From: Pocillopora damicornis
Taxonomy: Eukaryota
DNA: 64,000 nucleotides
Assembly: GCF_003704095.1 (NCBI RefSeq)
Contig: NW_020843670.1
Coordinates: 62,001-126,000 of the forward strand
Direction: 5' to 3'
Shown here: piece by piece, positions 12,535 through 25,317 of the stretch
Numbering within the stretch: the first letter of the stretch is position 1
How the letters are laid out: every line of letters starts with the position of its first letter
Notes under the pieces: generated by a model
Seen by the model: only the letters and a program-made list of their open reading frames with translations
Told to the model about the DNA's origin: nothing
Database searches by the model: none
Position numbers and translations under genes: made by a program

Positions 12535-13782
12535 CCTGATATGGTCTAAAAAGACTTCCAAAAGATTGCCTTGGTCACAATTGGTTTGTTTACTTGCTCA
12601 TACACTCATATATATCCTTGCTCTTTATATTCATGCTATAGAGAATTAATTTAGTTCAATGACGATCGCCACATATTGATCCGGATTGAAGTAATTGTAT
12701 TAAGAATTACGTGGATACGTAATCTCACATTGTAAATAATAAACGGAGCGGTCTGAAAACTGTTTTGTATTCGTCTCGTTACTGCAGTTGCGTGTTTATA
12801 GGAATCGAATTTGATTACAAGAGTTCATCCACGATAGCGTTTTCCCTTGACCCAATTTTGGTGTTTTAGTGTTTAGTCGCAGTCGAATAAATTTTTGTTG
12901 CGAGCTATTGTTTATGAGAAAGAGGAAGCAAAACGAAATCAGCCGAAATTGCGTTCTGATGAAAGTGGGAAAACCTTTAAAGAAACAATCCGAAAGGTTT
13001 ATGTATCTACAAAAGTTCAACTAAGTTTTAAGTGCTCACACGTTTGAAATAATACATTTTGCAAGGCAGACAAAAGTTATTTACGATCCAATATTCAATT
13101 TTTAAATATTTCCGTAATCGCGGCTAATGTAACTCCAGCCTTTAAGCTGACGCCATGAATGGACTTGACTTACTTTGTTTTCAAAAAACAATAAACAGTA
13201 CAATTTTTATTATTTGGGCAAATTATTGCACAGTCATATGCTCCCTACCAATCGGATAAACTGGATTATGCTGTCTCAAGTCATGAAGCTCCATTATGCT
13301 GCGAACAACTTCTAAGTCGCACCTCTGCCTCTATCCTATTTCCATGAAATTAACGTATCGCCTAAGAAAGTGATGATCACGATTTTGAAAAAAATGTTCA
13401 CGAAAACTTAGATTCAAAGTGCTCTAACCTGCTTTAGGTGACTTCAGTGATAAGAATGAATTATTGCAAGAGGAAAAATTTCCCAACAAGTTTGTAACCT
13501 TATCTCAAATACAGTTCACAGTGGTAACTCGCCAACTGACCAACTCTAACGTAAAATATTTTCAGTCAATAGACCATTCCAAAGTCAGTCTTTAAAATAA
13601 AAGTTCGTTGAATTTACCTGAAAAATTCAAGCCATTCTCATTTCAACTTTTGCAAAAAAAATTAGTGAGAGTCGTCTGTTTTTTCGGAAAATTAAAATTT
13701 CCTCCATATCAAACCAAATTCTCGTTCATTGTCTCCTCAGTGCCATTTTACAAACAGACGTGGACAATGATTTTTTTTCTGT

Positions 13783-16001
13783 ATGGAATTATAAGTAGAG
13801 CTGTCCACTTACGAGAGTGACCGTAAGCAAACAGTTGACTGTAATCGCCTGGTTAAACAATATCCGTAAAAGGAGGTCAAATATTAAAAGAGTGTCATAC
13901 GCAGTAGAAACATATACACCTTATTAGATGGTTTAAGATGTAACACGCGCGAGTATTTTAAGAGTTGCGCAGTAATTTTTAAAGCCCCGTAGGGGTGACG
14001 ATAAATGCAAACAATGAGACCAATAGTTACTGCCTTGTATTCAGTAGAACCGTCGAACAAAGGTTTCATTATTCTACTATCATTTCTAGTATTATGGCGT
14101 TTAGTTTCCTAAATACTTTCGCGGCTTTATCAGAGCATCGTATCGATCAAGTACGGCGTGGACTAAAGAGCTAAACTACAAGAGCGAAAATTGCTAAGTG
14201 TTCTCTTTCACAAAAAAGAAAAATCTGACGCGTTCAAATTTCGTTGATTGAAAAGTCATGCCTGAAAAACGGGAATGCAAATAATGTTAGAGTGAACAGA
14301 GAAGGGACTGTAAGTAAAAGTTGTCGCGATGATTACTCATAGGTAAGTTCTCCTGCTAACAATCAGAAGCAGACAGCCAATCTTCACTAGAGAGGCTTTC
14401 CTGCATTTGAAATACGATCATCTGCCGAAGTCTTGCAAGTGTGCACTTATCCTTCTCAAATAAAATTCAAAGACCGAACTACAGAAATGATAACTCACCA
14501 ACCCAACTCGCTAACCCATTTTTGAAAACTTTTCAGGTAATAAGATATTCAAAGTCAACTTTTCTGTTAACAAAGAGCGAAAGTTTGTTGATATTCCCTG
14601 GAAACTCACCTTTCTCCCGTTTCAATAAAACTTTCTTCCGAGGAAGAAACAATGTTTTAAACACTTAAAAGTAATAATTATTTGTCAAATTGCTAAAAAA
14701 AAAGGCTTTTCTGGTAACATGACGCCGTAGTCAATTTTTGAACGGAATTGGTAGGTTATCCATTATGACGGAATTTCCCTCATATCAAAGAAAATTTTTT
14801 TCGGCTTTCGTCTCTCCAGGGTACTATTGTCATCTTACAAACAGTCCTGTTGTAAGACATTTTTGACAGCTTGAACTGCTGTCATGCTCCATGATTCCAT
14901 TGTCCTCTAGCATTTTGGAAAGTGAAAGCAGATTTTTTAATCAATTGTTGATAGACCAATCAGAGACGCTCAAGATTTCCCATTACTGGATAGCAAAAAC
15001 ATTTTTCCAAAAAGCTTTCTATAAATGGACCCCAGCTTCTGTGGAGACCAAAAAGGACACAGTGACCAGATGGTTTCCTTTATGCCACCAGAGGTATGTA
15101 GTTAAATTTGTCAGTTGAACAGTTAATAGATATCAATGATTAACTTCGATTTAGCTAATTCCCTAATCCTTTTTACCTAATTTTGATACACATATTAGAC
15201 TTTCAAATTTTGCTTTAATTCAGTTTGAACAAGATCACTGCTCCTGAATTATACGAAAGGGAAAATAACTCAAAAACTTCATGTAAAGGTGCGTCTGTAG
15301 GCTTATTCAGTGAGCCTATTTACCGACTTAAATTCCTTCAGAAGTCGGATATCACATATCGCTTAATTTGATCCTTTTTAATTTGGAAAATCAGCACCGT
15401 CTTGATGAAGACAAATTCTCGTTTTTTTTTTTCCTATTTGACCTATTTGGGTTCCGGTTTCTCTTCGATCTGAGCGGCAATTACGCGCCTTCACTGACTT
15501 CGAATAGCCGCTAAACGCAAATGTTATCATGAGGAATGCGTTACAAACAATTTAAATATCGCAGAGATCCCTAGGTAGCCTACGTATAGCCGTACCCTCC
15601 CCCTCCCCAAAGGTGAGGGAGAGGGGAGGTTACGGCTACACGTAGGGTAAAGCTACATTGCCAGAGTTTCTTTATCAACGCCACCTCGAAGTTGGTGACC
15701 AAGTTACAGGCCATACGTGCACGTGACTTATTGATTCAACAGTTTTGCATGCGGTTTTTCGGTTTTGATCCAATTTTTTTTCGGTTTTTCTATTTTGGAT
15801 AATTTTTTCTACGGTTTTGCGGTTTCTAGTGGGCCCCAATGCCCCCCTCCATCAGCAACATCAACGTTCACTAAGAGCAAATTTACTTGTCCAGTGCACT
15901 GAGAAAGACTTTTACCTTCCGTTGTCTCGGTGCTTTCCTTTTTTTACGATTGCACGGCATCTGCTTTTGCTGATAGCTATTCTTATAATGATAGTTTAGT
16001 A
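13783..16001. repeat. Inverted paralogue of 22080-24006 (inter-lyase spacer)
   Basis: Long reverse-complement matches, e.g. 13783-13865 vs 23922-24006 and 15870-16001 vs 22080-22220. Also 13165-13480 vs 9935-10246 and 13570-13775 vs 8485-8690. Confidence 0.85.
15576..15649. mobile_element. Short hairpin MITE (TAGCCTACGTGTAGCCGTA-type TIR)
   Basis: Terminal inverted repeats bounded by TA; second copy at 55327-55402. Confidence 0.7.
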
Positions 16002-16101
16002 NNNNNNNNNNNNNNNNNNNNNNNNNNNNNNNNNNNNNNNNNNNNNNNNNNNNNNNNNNNNNNNNNNNNNNNNNNNNNNNNNNNNNNNNNNNNNNNNNNN
16101 N

Positions 16102-18641
16102 TTTGTTCCTTCTAACAGATATTGCACTTGTGCTGCTGTGTGCAAAGCATGTGGAGCGTAGGCAGATGCATAGAACGCTTTGTGATGAAAACCGGTATAA
16201 TCAGGTTTGATGACTCCTCNNNNNNNNNNNNNNNNNNNNNNNNNNNNNNNNNNNNNNNNNNNNNNNNNNNNNNNNNNNNNNNNNNNNNNNNNNNNNNNNN
16301 NNNNNNNNNNNNNNNNNNNNNNNNNNNNNNNNNNNNNNNNNNNNNNNNNNNNNNNNNNNNNNNNNNNNNNNNNNNNNNNNNNNNNNNNNNNNNNNNNNNN
16401 NNNNNNNNNNNNNNNNNNNNNNNNNNNNNNNNNNNNNNNNNNNNNNNNNNNNNNNNNNNNNNNNNNNNNNNNNNNNNNNNNNNNNNNNNNNNNNNNNNNN
16501 NNNNNNNNNNNNNNNNNNNNNNNNNNNNNNNNNNNNNNNNNNNNNNNNNNNNNNNNNNNNNNNNNNNNNNNNNNNNNNNNNNNNNNNNNNNNNNNNNNNN
16601 NNNNNNNNNNNNNNNNNNNNNNNNNNNNNNNNNNNNNNNNNNNNNNNNNNNNNNNNNNNNNNNNNNNNNNNNNNNNNNNNNNNNNNNNNNNNNNNNNNNN
16701 NNNNNNNNNNNNNNNNNNNNNNNNNNNNNNNNNNNNNNNNNNNNNNNNNNNNNNNNNNNNNNNNNNNNNNNNNNNNNNNNNNNNNNNNNNNNNNNNNNNN
16801 NNNNNNNNNNNNNNNNNNNNNNNNNNNNNNNNNNNNNNNNNNNNNNNNNNNNNNNNNNNNNNNNNNNNNNNNNNNNNNNNNNNNNNNNNNNNNNNNNNNN
16901 NNNNNNNNNNNNNNNNNNNNNNNNNNNNNNNNNNNNNNNNNNNNNNNNNNNNNNNNNNNNNNNNNNNNNNNNNNNNNNNNNNNNNNNNNNNNNNNNNNNN
17001 NNNNNNNNNNNNNNNNNNNNNNNNNNNNNNNNNNNNNNNNNNNNNNNNNNNNNNNNNNNNNNCGTTGTTTTTGGTACATGCTAAAGTGCTGAGATAGTTT
17101 CGGAACTCATCCTGTCTCTTTGTCCATTTTCCGCAAATCTTTTGGACGGATCGTTGCATCATGGCAGCATCTCCAGAACACAGTTTGGACTTTTCTTTAT
17201 TTACTATCTTAGTTATCTCGTTGGGACGGGACTTAAGGTAATACTCGAGAGCAAGAGGCAACATAATACGCATAATAGGAAAGCTGAACTTTCTGGTTGG
17301 ATCAGTTGCTGAATATGTCCTTGTCCCCATTTTACAGTTACGACAAAATAATGGAGGAGCGGTGATCACGATTTTAGTGGAGCCAGGAGTACTTGAATCG
17401 GACTTATTCCTAAATGTTAGTCTATCGTATTCTTTATGGGCATCATCGAAGCTCTTCTGAAGAGTATTCCAACGTTTCTTCATCTCTCCCATGAAATCAT
17501 AAGTGGTTTGTGTCTCATCAGCATACCAGTTATGTAAGCGACCTTCAATGTGAGCAAGGTGAGTAGTCTTTGAAGAATCGACAGAGGTCGGAAGAGCAGA
17601 GGGTGTCTGCTGACTCCAGCGATAAGTCTGCTGCCAAAAGTTACTGGAATCGTACTTTGAGCCAAATCTCGTGATAGTTGTAACAATCTTATCGCGAGAT
17701 TGTTTGGACATTTTTGCCACAAAGCCAAGTAAATCTATGTAAATGGTATCTTCATGGTTTAGAACAAAGTCCATTCTTGTGATCGATGAGGAACCTGTGA
17801 GGCTGTCTCTAGTTTGTTTGCATTCATTGAATGACATCCATATTCCTCTCCAGCCTGAAAATCCCAGGTTGATTTCAAAAGATCCTACCCGCGTAACCTT
17901 TTTCTTCTTTTTTTTTTCTGCCAGCCTTACTTCCATCTTGCTTCCACTAGAAGGAGTATCCTTGTAGATCCACATTTTAACACCTCCTCCTCTAAGTTTC
18001 TTTCCCTTGATGTGAGCCGATTTTGGAAGCTTGTACCTTAACTTAGATTCTCCGTTAGCACTCGATTTCCATTTAAGTGATGTTGTCCCGTGTTTGGCCA
18101 CTGATGTCGAGAAAGAAATCTTTCCTTGTGTTTTCGGTACTGCAACGAGGCAGCTTTGCTCAACTGTGTCTTCGAAATCTAGTATCTTGTCAGGACGCTT
18201 TCCTGTCAATTGTGTTAAAGAATAAATGGGAATCATTGTATGAATAAAATGGGTAGACGAAAATAATTCACCTAGCGCATTATTCGATTCCTACATTAAA
18301 TTTGATTTACGCTTCAATTTAACTGCCACACGAATAATTGCATGAATCCCTTTAATTTAATGTGCTCAAAACCTTTTTAGTACTTATTCTGTGAACTACA
18401 GAAGGTTCCGCTTGTCGAACAATAGAGTCTAGACTGTGTGATTGTGTGAATTAAAGAAAATTACTGACCGCATTGTTTACTCCAAGAACGTGGATATTTG
18501 GCGTTTAAAGTAGTATCCATGCTAAAAGAAACTTATTATCCTCGGCTTAAGAAACATACCAGCCGCCTGATCTATCAGCAACAAAGCTAGACCAGTCAGA
18601 ATGAGAAATGAAAATCCTGAAGTTCTTCTCTTCACAGACAT
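16102..18641 (-). CDS. PL8 chondroitin ABC lyase-like copy B, N-terminal and catalytic part (exon 1 18641-18560; exon 2 from 18202; gap 16220-17062)
   Basis: Exon 1 MSVKRRTSGFSFLILTGLALLLIDQAA+G (signal-peptide-like, phase-1 GT..AG intron). Open frame with Lyase_N motifs (SLKW, INLGFSGWRGIWMSF, IYIDLL). Catalytic segment GVIKPDYTGFHHKAFYASAYAPHALHTAAQVQYLLEGT aligns with the His501/Tyr508 region of Proteus chondroitinase ABC I as I recall it. Confidence 0.88.
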
Positions 18642-20170
18642 TTTTCCTTAAACAAAAGTATACAAGAGGAATATATTAACTTGATTTTAATCATTGAACA
18701 AAGATAAACCGTAACAATTTCGTAATTCGTTTTGCAGAAATATATACCCTGATATATAATCATTTCAGAGAGTGCGTAAAACAAACCTTCACAGTGCGCA
18801 TATGTTGGTCGGTTGACTTAATTAATGAATTAAATCAGTTTGTTCTATATGTTTTATAAATTATGTTTTTCTGACCTCTATCAATGGGAATCTACGCCTA
18901 TGTTCTTCTCCTTGATATCCGAGGGATGTCTAATTACTCGAATGAAATAAAATTAAAATAAAAATATGATAAATAACTCAGCTTAATGCGATGTTTCATC
19001 CCTAAAATATGTTAAAGAAAGTATTCTAGCCACACATATTTTCTAGTTTGTATGGAAAAACGGAGAATGACAAACTTGGAAAAATGCCGTAAGCGAACTT
19101 TAAAAGTAATCTTNNNNNNNNNNNNNNNNNNNNNNNNNNNNNNNNNNNNNNNNNNNNNNNNNNNNNNNNNNNNNNNNNNNNNNNNNNNNNNNNNNNNNNN
19201 NNNNNNNNNNNNNNNNNNNNNNNNNNNNNNNNNNNNNNNNNNNNNNNNNNNNNNNNNNNNNNNNNNNNNNNNNNNNNNNNNNNNNNNNNNNNNNNNNNNN
19301 NNNNNNNNNNNNNNNNNNNNNNNNNNNNNNNNNNNNNNNNNNNNNNNNNNNNNNNNNNNNNNNNNNNNNNNNNNNNNNNNNNNNNNNNNNNNNNNNNNNN
19401 NNNNNNNNNNNNNNNNNNNNNNNNNNNNNNNNNNNNNNNNNNNNNNNNNNNNNNNNNNNNNNNNNNNNNNNNNNNNNNNNNNNNNNNNNNNNNNNNNNNN
19501 NNNNNNNNNNNNNNNNNNNNNNNNNNNNNNNNNNNNNNNNNNNNNNNNNNNNNNNNNNNNNNNNNNNNNNNNNNNNNNNNNNNNNNNNNNNNNNNNNNNN
19601 NNNNNNNNNNNNNNNNNNNNNNNNNNNNNNNNNNNNNNNNNNNNNNNNNNNNNNNNNNNNNNNNNNNNNNNNNNNNNNNAGGGTATGAAACTATGAAACT
19701 GATGAATGCCAAGCTGTTGTTCTTCTGGAAGGTAATTTTTCTCAGTTATTTACTTTTACACGAGGCAGTCACCTGCCCAACTTTCATTGAAGCTTAGACC
19801 TCAATAATATCTTAATATAAGGTGTGCCATTTCTTGGACACGGAAGTGTTAATAGAATAAATATGTTACCTTACTTTGAATTCTAGGAAATCTTTGATGT
19901 TATCCTCGCCTCTGAAAATATTTTACACCAACTCCAAACTCTTTGTGCTCGCGGATCACTTTGTGAGCGCTTGGCGGTCTTTATTGGCACCTTTTCTCAA
20001 GGGGGAACCTCCATTAGTACAGGTGGGATTTTTCCTGTCAAATTTTGAGAGATCACCGGCGGAAACATTGNNNNNNNNNNNNNNNNNNNNNNNNNNNNNN
20101 NNNNNNNNNNNNNNNNNNNNNNNNNNNNNNNNNNNNNNNNNNNNNNNNNNNNNNNNNNNNNNNNNNNNNN

Positions 20171-20997
20171 TTGCATTCATCGAATGACATCCATATTCCT
20201 CTCCAGCCTGAAAATCCCAGGTTTATTTCAAAAGATCCTACCCGCCTAACCTTTTTCTTCTTTTTTTTTTCTGCCAGCCTTACTTCCATCTTACTTCCAC
20301 TAGAAGGAGAATCCTTGTAGATCCACATTTTAATACCTCCTCCTCTGAGTTCCTTTCCGTTGATGTGAGCGGATTTTGGAAGCTCATACCTTAATTTAGA
20401 TCCTCCGTTGGCACTCGATTTCCATTTCAGTGATGTTGTCCCGTGTTTGGCCACTGATGTCGAGAAAGAAATCTTTCCCTGTTTTTTCGGCACTGTGACG
20501 AGGCGGCTTTGCTCAGTCGCGTCTTCGAAATCTAGTGTCTTGTCAGGACGCTTTCCTGTCAATTGTGTTAAAAAATAAATGAGAATCATTGCATGAAGAA
20601 ATGGGTAGATGAAAATAATTTACCTAGCGTATTATTCGATTCTTACAGTAAAATTGATTTACGCTTTAATTTGCTTTAACTGATATACGAATAATTGCAT
20701 GAATCCTTTTAATTTGATGTGCTAAAACTTTTTAGTACTCATTCTGTAAAGTACATAAGATTTTGCTTATCGAACAAAAGAGTCCAGGTCGTGTGATTGT
20801 GTGGGCTAAAAAAAATCATTCACCGCATTGTTTACACCAAGAATGTAGATATTTGGCGTATCAAGTACTATCCGTGTTCAAAACAAAATTATTATCCTCG
20901 GCTAAAGTAACATACCAGCCGCCTGATCTATCAGCAACAAGGCTAGACCAGTCAGAATGAGAAATGAAAATCCTGAAGTTTTCCTCTTCACAGACAT
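20171..20997 (-). CDS. PL8 lyase-like copy C, 5' part (exon 1 20997-20916; exon 2 20555 to gap at 20170)
   Basis: MSVKRKTSGFSFLILTGLALLLIDQAA|GKRPDKTLDFED...; open until the assembly gap. Intron and upstream sequence are paralogous to 18203-19113. Confidence 0.8.
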
Positions 20998-23942
20998 TTT
21001 TCCTTAAACAAAAGTATACAAGAGACATATCTTAGCTTGATTTTAATCACGGTAAACGGTAACAATTTCGTAATTCGTTTTGCAGAAATACCCTAATATA
21101 TAATCACTTCAAACAGTGCATAAAACAAACCTTAACAATGCGCATATTATGGTCGGTTGACCCTAAGTTGTCTTTGTTGATAGCATTTTCAATAGGTGGG
21201 TTGCATGAATTAAATCAGTGTACTCTATTTGTTTTATGAATTTGGTTTTACTGACCTCTATTAATAGGAGTCTACCCCTATATTCTTCTCCTTGATATTC
21301 GAGGGATGTCTAATTACTCGAATGAAATAAAATTAAAATAAAAATATGATAAATAACTCAGCTAAATGTAATGTTTAGTCCCTAAAATATGTTAAAGAAA
21401 GTTTTCTAGCCACACATATTTTTTAGTTTGTATGGAAAAACGGAGAATGACAGACTTGGAAAAATGCCATAAGCGAACTTTAAAAGTAATCTTGCATATA
21501 CGCTACTAGTAGACCTTATTTTCTTTTAATCGCATTCATTTGTGCCTCTACGAATTCACCTTTCATGGGTTATGAGGAAATATGGGGTATAAATTCTAGT
21601 GTTGAAGCTTTCATTTCTTGGTCTTGTCTCAAGTGTGGGAAAATTAAAAGAAGCTGTGGAAGAATCAATTTCTTTCAAACGATTCTCACATCTTCAGGGT
21701 ACAGATTAAATTTGAAGTATCATCAACTCTTTGAGTCCTAATAATGATATCTAATTTGGGAAAAGCCTGTCAAATTTGAGAGACTACCGGGAAAGCAAAT
21801 TGTTGTTATCCGTTGACTTTTCTTGTAAGTCTACGGTTTACAACTCTTCTGTTTTTAACTAATTCTTGTGATGCTATGGGGCTTTTATTGTAGTACGACA
21901 ATGTAAAAAAGGGTATGAAACTGATGAATGCCAAGCTGCTGTTCTTCTGGAAAGTTAAGGTACTGCGGCTACCACATTGCGCTTATTGATGTTTTTTTTT
22001 CCTACCAAGAGTAAAATGAGTAAATAGAAAGAGACAGTGCTTTTAATAAAGATTCTGTTCATTTTCCCCATCACTTGGATACTGAAGTATTGTTATGAGA
22101 ATAGCTATCAGCAAAAGCGGATGCTGTGCAATCGTAGAGAAGGGAAAGCAACGAAACACCGAAACAACGAAAGGTAAAAGTCTTTCTCAGTGCGCTGGAC
22201 AAGTAAATTTGCTCTTAGTGTACGCAGGAGTCCATCACTTGGTGTACGTTGATGTTCCTGTTGCACGAATCACTTTGGAATAAGATTTGAAATCTTTCAG
22301 CGGATTAATTTTTTTTCGAACCTAATAATTTAATATTTCTCTTTTTCTCACTTTTTTTTTCATGAAGATGTTACATTAAATGAATCATTAATAAAAGAAC
22401 GAGAATTTGTCTTCGTCGAGACAGTGCTGATTTTCCTAATTAAAAAGGATCAAATTAAGCGATATGTGATATCCGACTACTTAGGGAATTGAAGTCAGTA
22501 AACAAGCTCAATGAATGGACGTACAGACGCACCTTTACATGAAGTTTTTGAGTTATTTTCTCTTTCGAATAATTCAGGAGCAGTAATCTTGTTCAAACTG
22601 AACTGAAACATAATTTGAAAGTCTAATATGTGTATCAAAATTAGGTGAAAAGGATTAGGGAAGTAGCTAAAACCGAAGTTAATCATTGATATCTATTAAC
22701 TGTTCAACTGACAAATTAACTACATACCTCTGGTGGCATAAAGGAACCATCTGGTGACCGTCTCCTTTTTGGTCTCCACAGAAGCTGGGTTCTATTTACA
22801 GAAAGCTACCAGGAAAAATATTTTTGCTATCCAGTAATGGGAAATCTTGAGCGTCTCGGATTGGCTTATCGACAACTGATTAGAAAATCTGCTTTCACTT
22901 TCCAAAATGCTTGAGGACAATGGAATCATAGAGCATGACAGCAGTTCAAGCTGTTAGAAATGTCTTACATCAGGACTGTTTGTAAGATGACAATAGTGTC
23001 CTGGAGAGACGAAAGCCGAAAAATATTTTCTTTGAAATGTGGAAATTCCGCCAAAACGGATCACCCACTAATTTTGTTCAAAAATTGACTACGGCGTCAT
23101 GTTACCTAAAAACCATTTTTAGCAATTTGGCGATTCATTATTTATTTTTACTGCAATTATTTAGTTTTACTACAACGAGAGAAAGATGAGTTTCCAGGGA
23201 AGATAAACAAACTTTCGCTCTTTGTTAACAGAAAAGTTGACTTTAGAATATCTTATTAACTGAACAATTTTCAAAAATGGGTTAGTTTGCGAGTTATCAT
23301 TTCTATAGTTCGGTCTTTGAGGAGGATAACTGCAAACTTGCAAGACGTCGGCAGAAGATCGTACTTCAAATGTAGGAAAGCCTCTCAAGTGAAGATTGGC
23401 TGTCTGCTTCTGATTGTTAACAGGAGAATTTATCTATGAGTAATCATCGCGACAACATTTTTACAGTCCCTTCTCTTTTCACTCTGATACTACTTGCATT
23501 CCCGTTTTTCAGGCATGACTTTTCAATCAACGAAATTTAAACGCATCAGATTTTTTGCTAGTTAAAGAGAACACTTAGCAATTTTCGCTTTTGTAGTTTG
23601 GTTCTTTTGCGCACGCCGTACTTGATCGATACGATGCTCTGATAAAGCCGCGAGCCCGGCAGAGAGTACTAAGAAAACTAGACGCCTAAATACTACAAAT
23701 AAAATGATAGTTGAATAATCAATCCCTTATTCGACGGTTCTACTGAATACAAGACAGTGAACATTTGTCTCGTTGTTCGTATTCATCGTCGCCTCTACGG
23801 AGCTTTTAAAATTACAGCGTAACTCGCAAAATACCCGAGCGTATTACATGTCAAACTATTTAGTGAGGTGTACATGTTTCTATTGCATATAACACTCTTT
23901 TAATACTTGACCTCCTTTTATGGACATTGTTTAACCAGGCAA

Positions 23943-24480
23943 CTACAGTTAACTCTCCGCTGACGGACACTCTCGTAAGTGGACAACTCTACTTATAATT
24001 CCATAGAGACACTTTTTTTCAATTCCCCTTTTCGAAGTCAAACTCTGTATTTACACATTCCCATAAGCGTACGGTCTCTTGTAAGCACTTTCTAAAGTGA
24101 AATTTGATAAATCTTTATTTTACGCCTTCTCATTAGGGAACACCCCATGCATAATTTCAATGTACAGTATTCGAATGTATGGGCCGCGCTTTAACTTTTT
24201 TTTTTAATATAAGATAGATGTATTTTGTGATTCTATTCTTTTTATTTTTCGAGTTTTAACATTTGACATCAAGAAATAGTTTCATTTGCTATTTTTGGCT
24301 CTCCAATAAAAGATTTACTTATAACACCCGCCGATTAACTCTTCTGTAAGCGGGCAATTATTCTAATTTTCTTTGGTGCCCGCTTGTCGGAATCATTCTC
24401 ATAGGCGGTCAGTTCTACCAGCAGACCCTTTTTTTGCCCCAATTTTCGAGGGTTTCGGCTAACGAGAGAGTCGATTTTTA
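23943..24480. mobile_element. Degenerate TA-CAGT-type (Tc1/mariner/pogo-like) MITE
   Basis: Begins tacagttaactctccgctgacggacac and ends in a decayed inverted copy (ttcggctaacgagagagtcga). Confidence 0.4.
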
Positions 24481-25317
24481 CTTGGCTACTAACGAATCTA
24501 TAGCTACATTCACTTTCATGACTTTTTTTATTAGTCGCTGTATAGGATGTCAATTGGAGAAATGACTGTGGTAGATTATGAATTAATGCAGGACAAAATC
24601 TCCACCCCCACCGCCCCATTAAAAAAAAAGAGCAACCCACTTCACTTGATGAGAGAAGAGTTGTATTGTTTGTGCATTGATTTGGTCGATTCACCATCTC
24701 TTGAGTGGGAGGTTTGTAGGTGTCATCTTTTTTGATGGACGGATAAAGTGGATATGTTTTTTGCTGACCTGTATGTCAAACACTTTGGCACCCTCAAGGG
24801 ATGCAAGCAGAAAGTCTCGTAAGAGACTTCTGCAATAAATTGTGAAATTAGATAACGATTCAGGTTTTAAGTGAATTTTGGATAGCAATTTCTTTTTCTT
24901 CTAACAGCTTTCCAAAAAATTCCTTCCCTGTAAAATACATAAATTCGAATGTCGTAGCAATTGAAATTAAACCATTTAACTTTTATGTAGACTGACATAA
25001 ACCTTTTGAGTGTTTTCATATCAAGAGACTAATTTTTAAGATATGAAACTATCGTAATGAACTCTTAAAACCATGTTTGACAGCTACAACTGCAATGAAT
25101 AGAAAAAATTCTAGAAAGAGACAGGTGTAGACCTCCATTTATTTTTTCACGTAATGTTCCGCATCCACCTAAATACTAACGATTGCTTTAATTCAGTGTA
25201 GATTAACATTTGGTGATTCCCACTGAGTTACATTAGTTCTCTATAGCATAAAGAGAGAGATATAAGACGATGAAGATCCAAGAAATCCATTTATTGTCCC
25301 CTTAGACAATATCCTGG

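Noticed and set aside
16122-17097. Long ORFs of 292-320 aa spanning Ns (also 19026-19712 and 37392-37727)
   Set aside because: Artefacts of translating assembly gaps.
18203-21495. Copies B and C as two haplotypes of one gene
   Set aside because: Many amino-acid and indel differences look too dense for alleles; not fully excluded without read depth.
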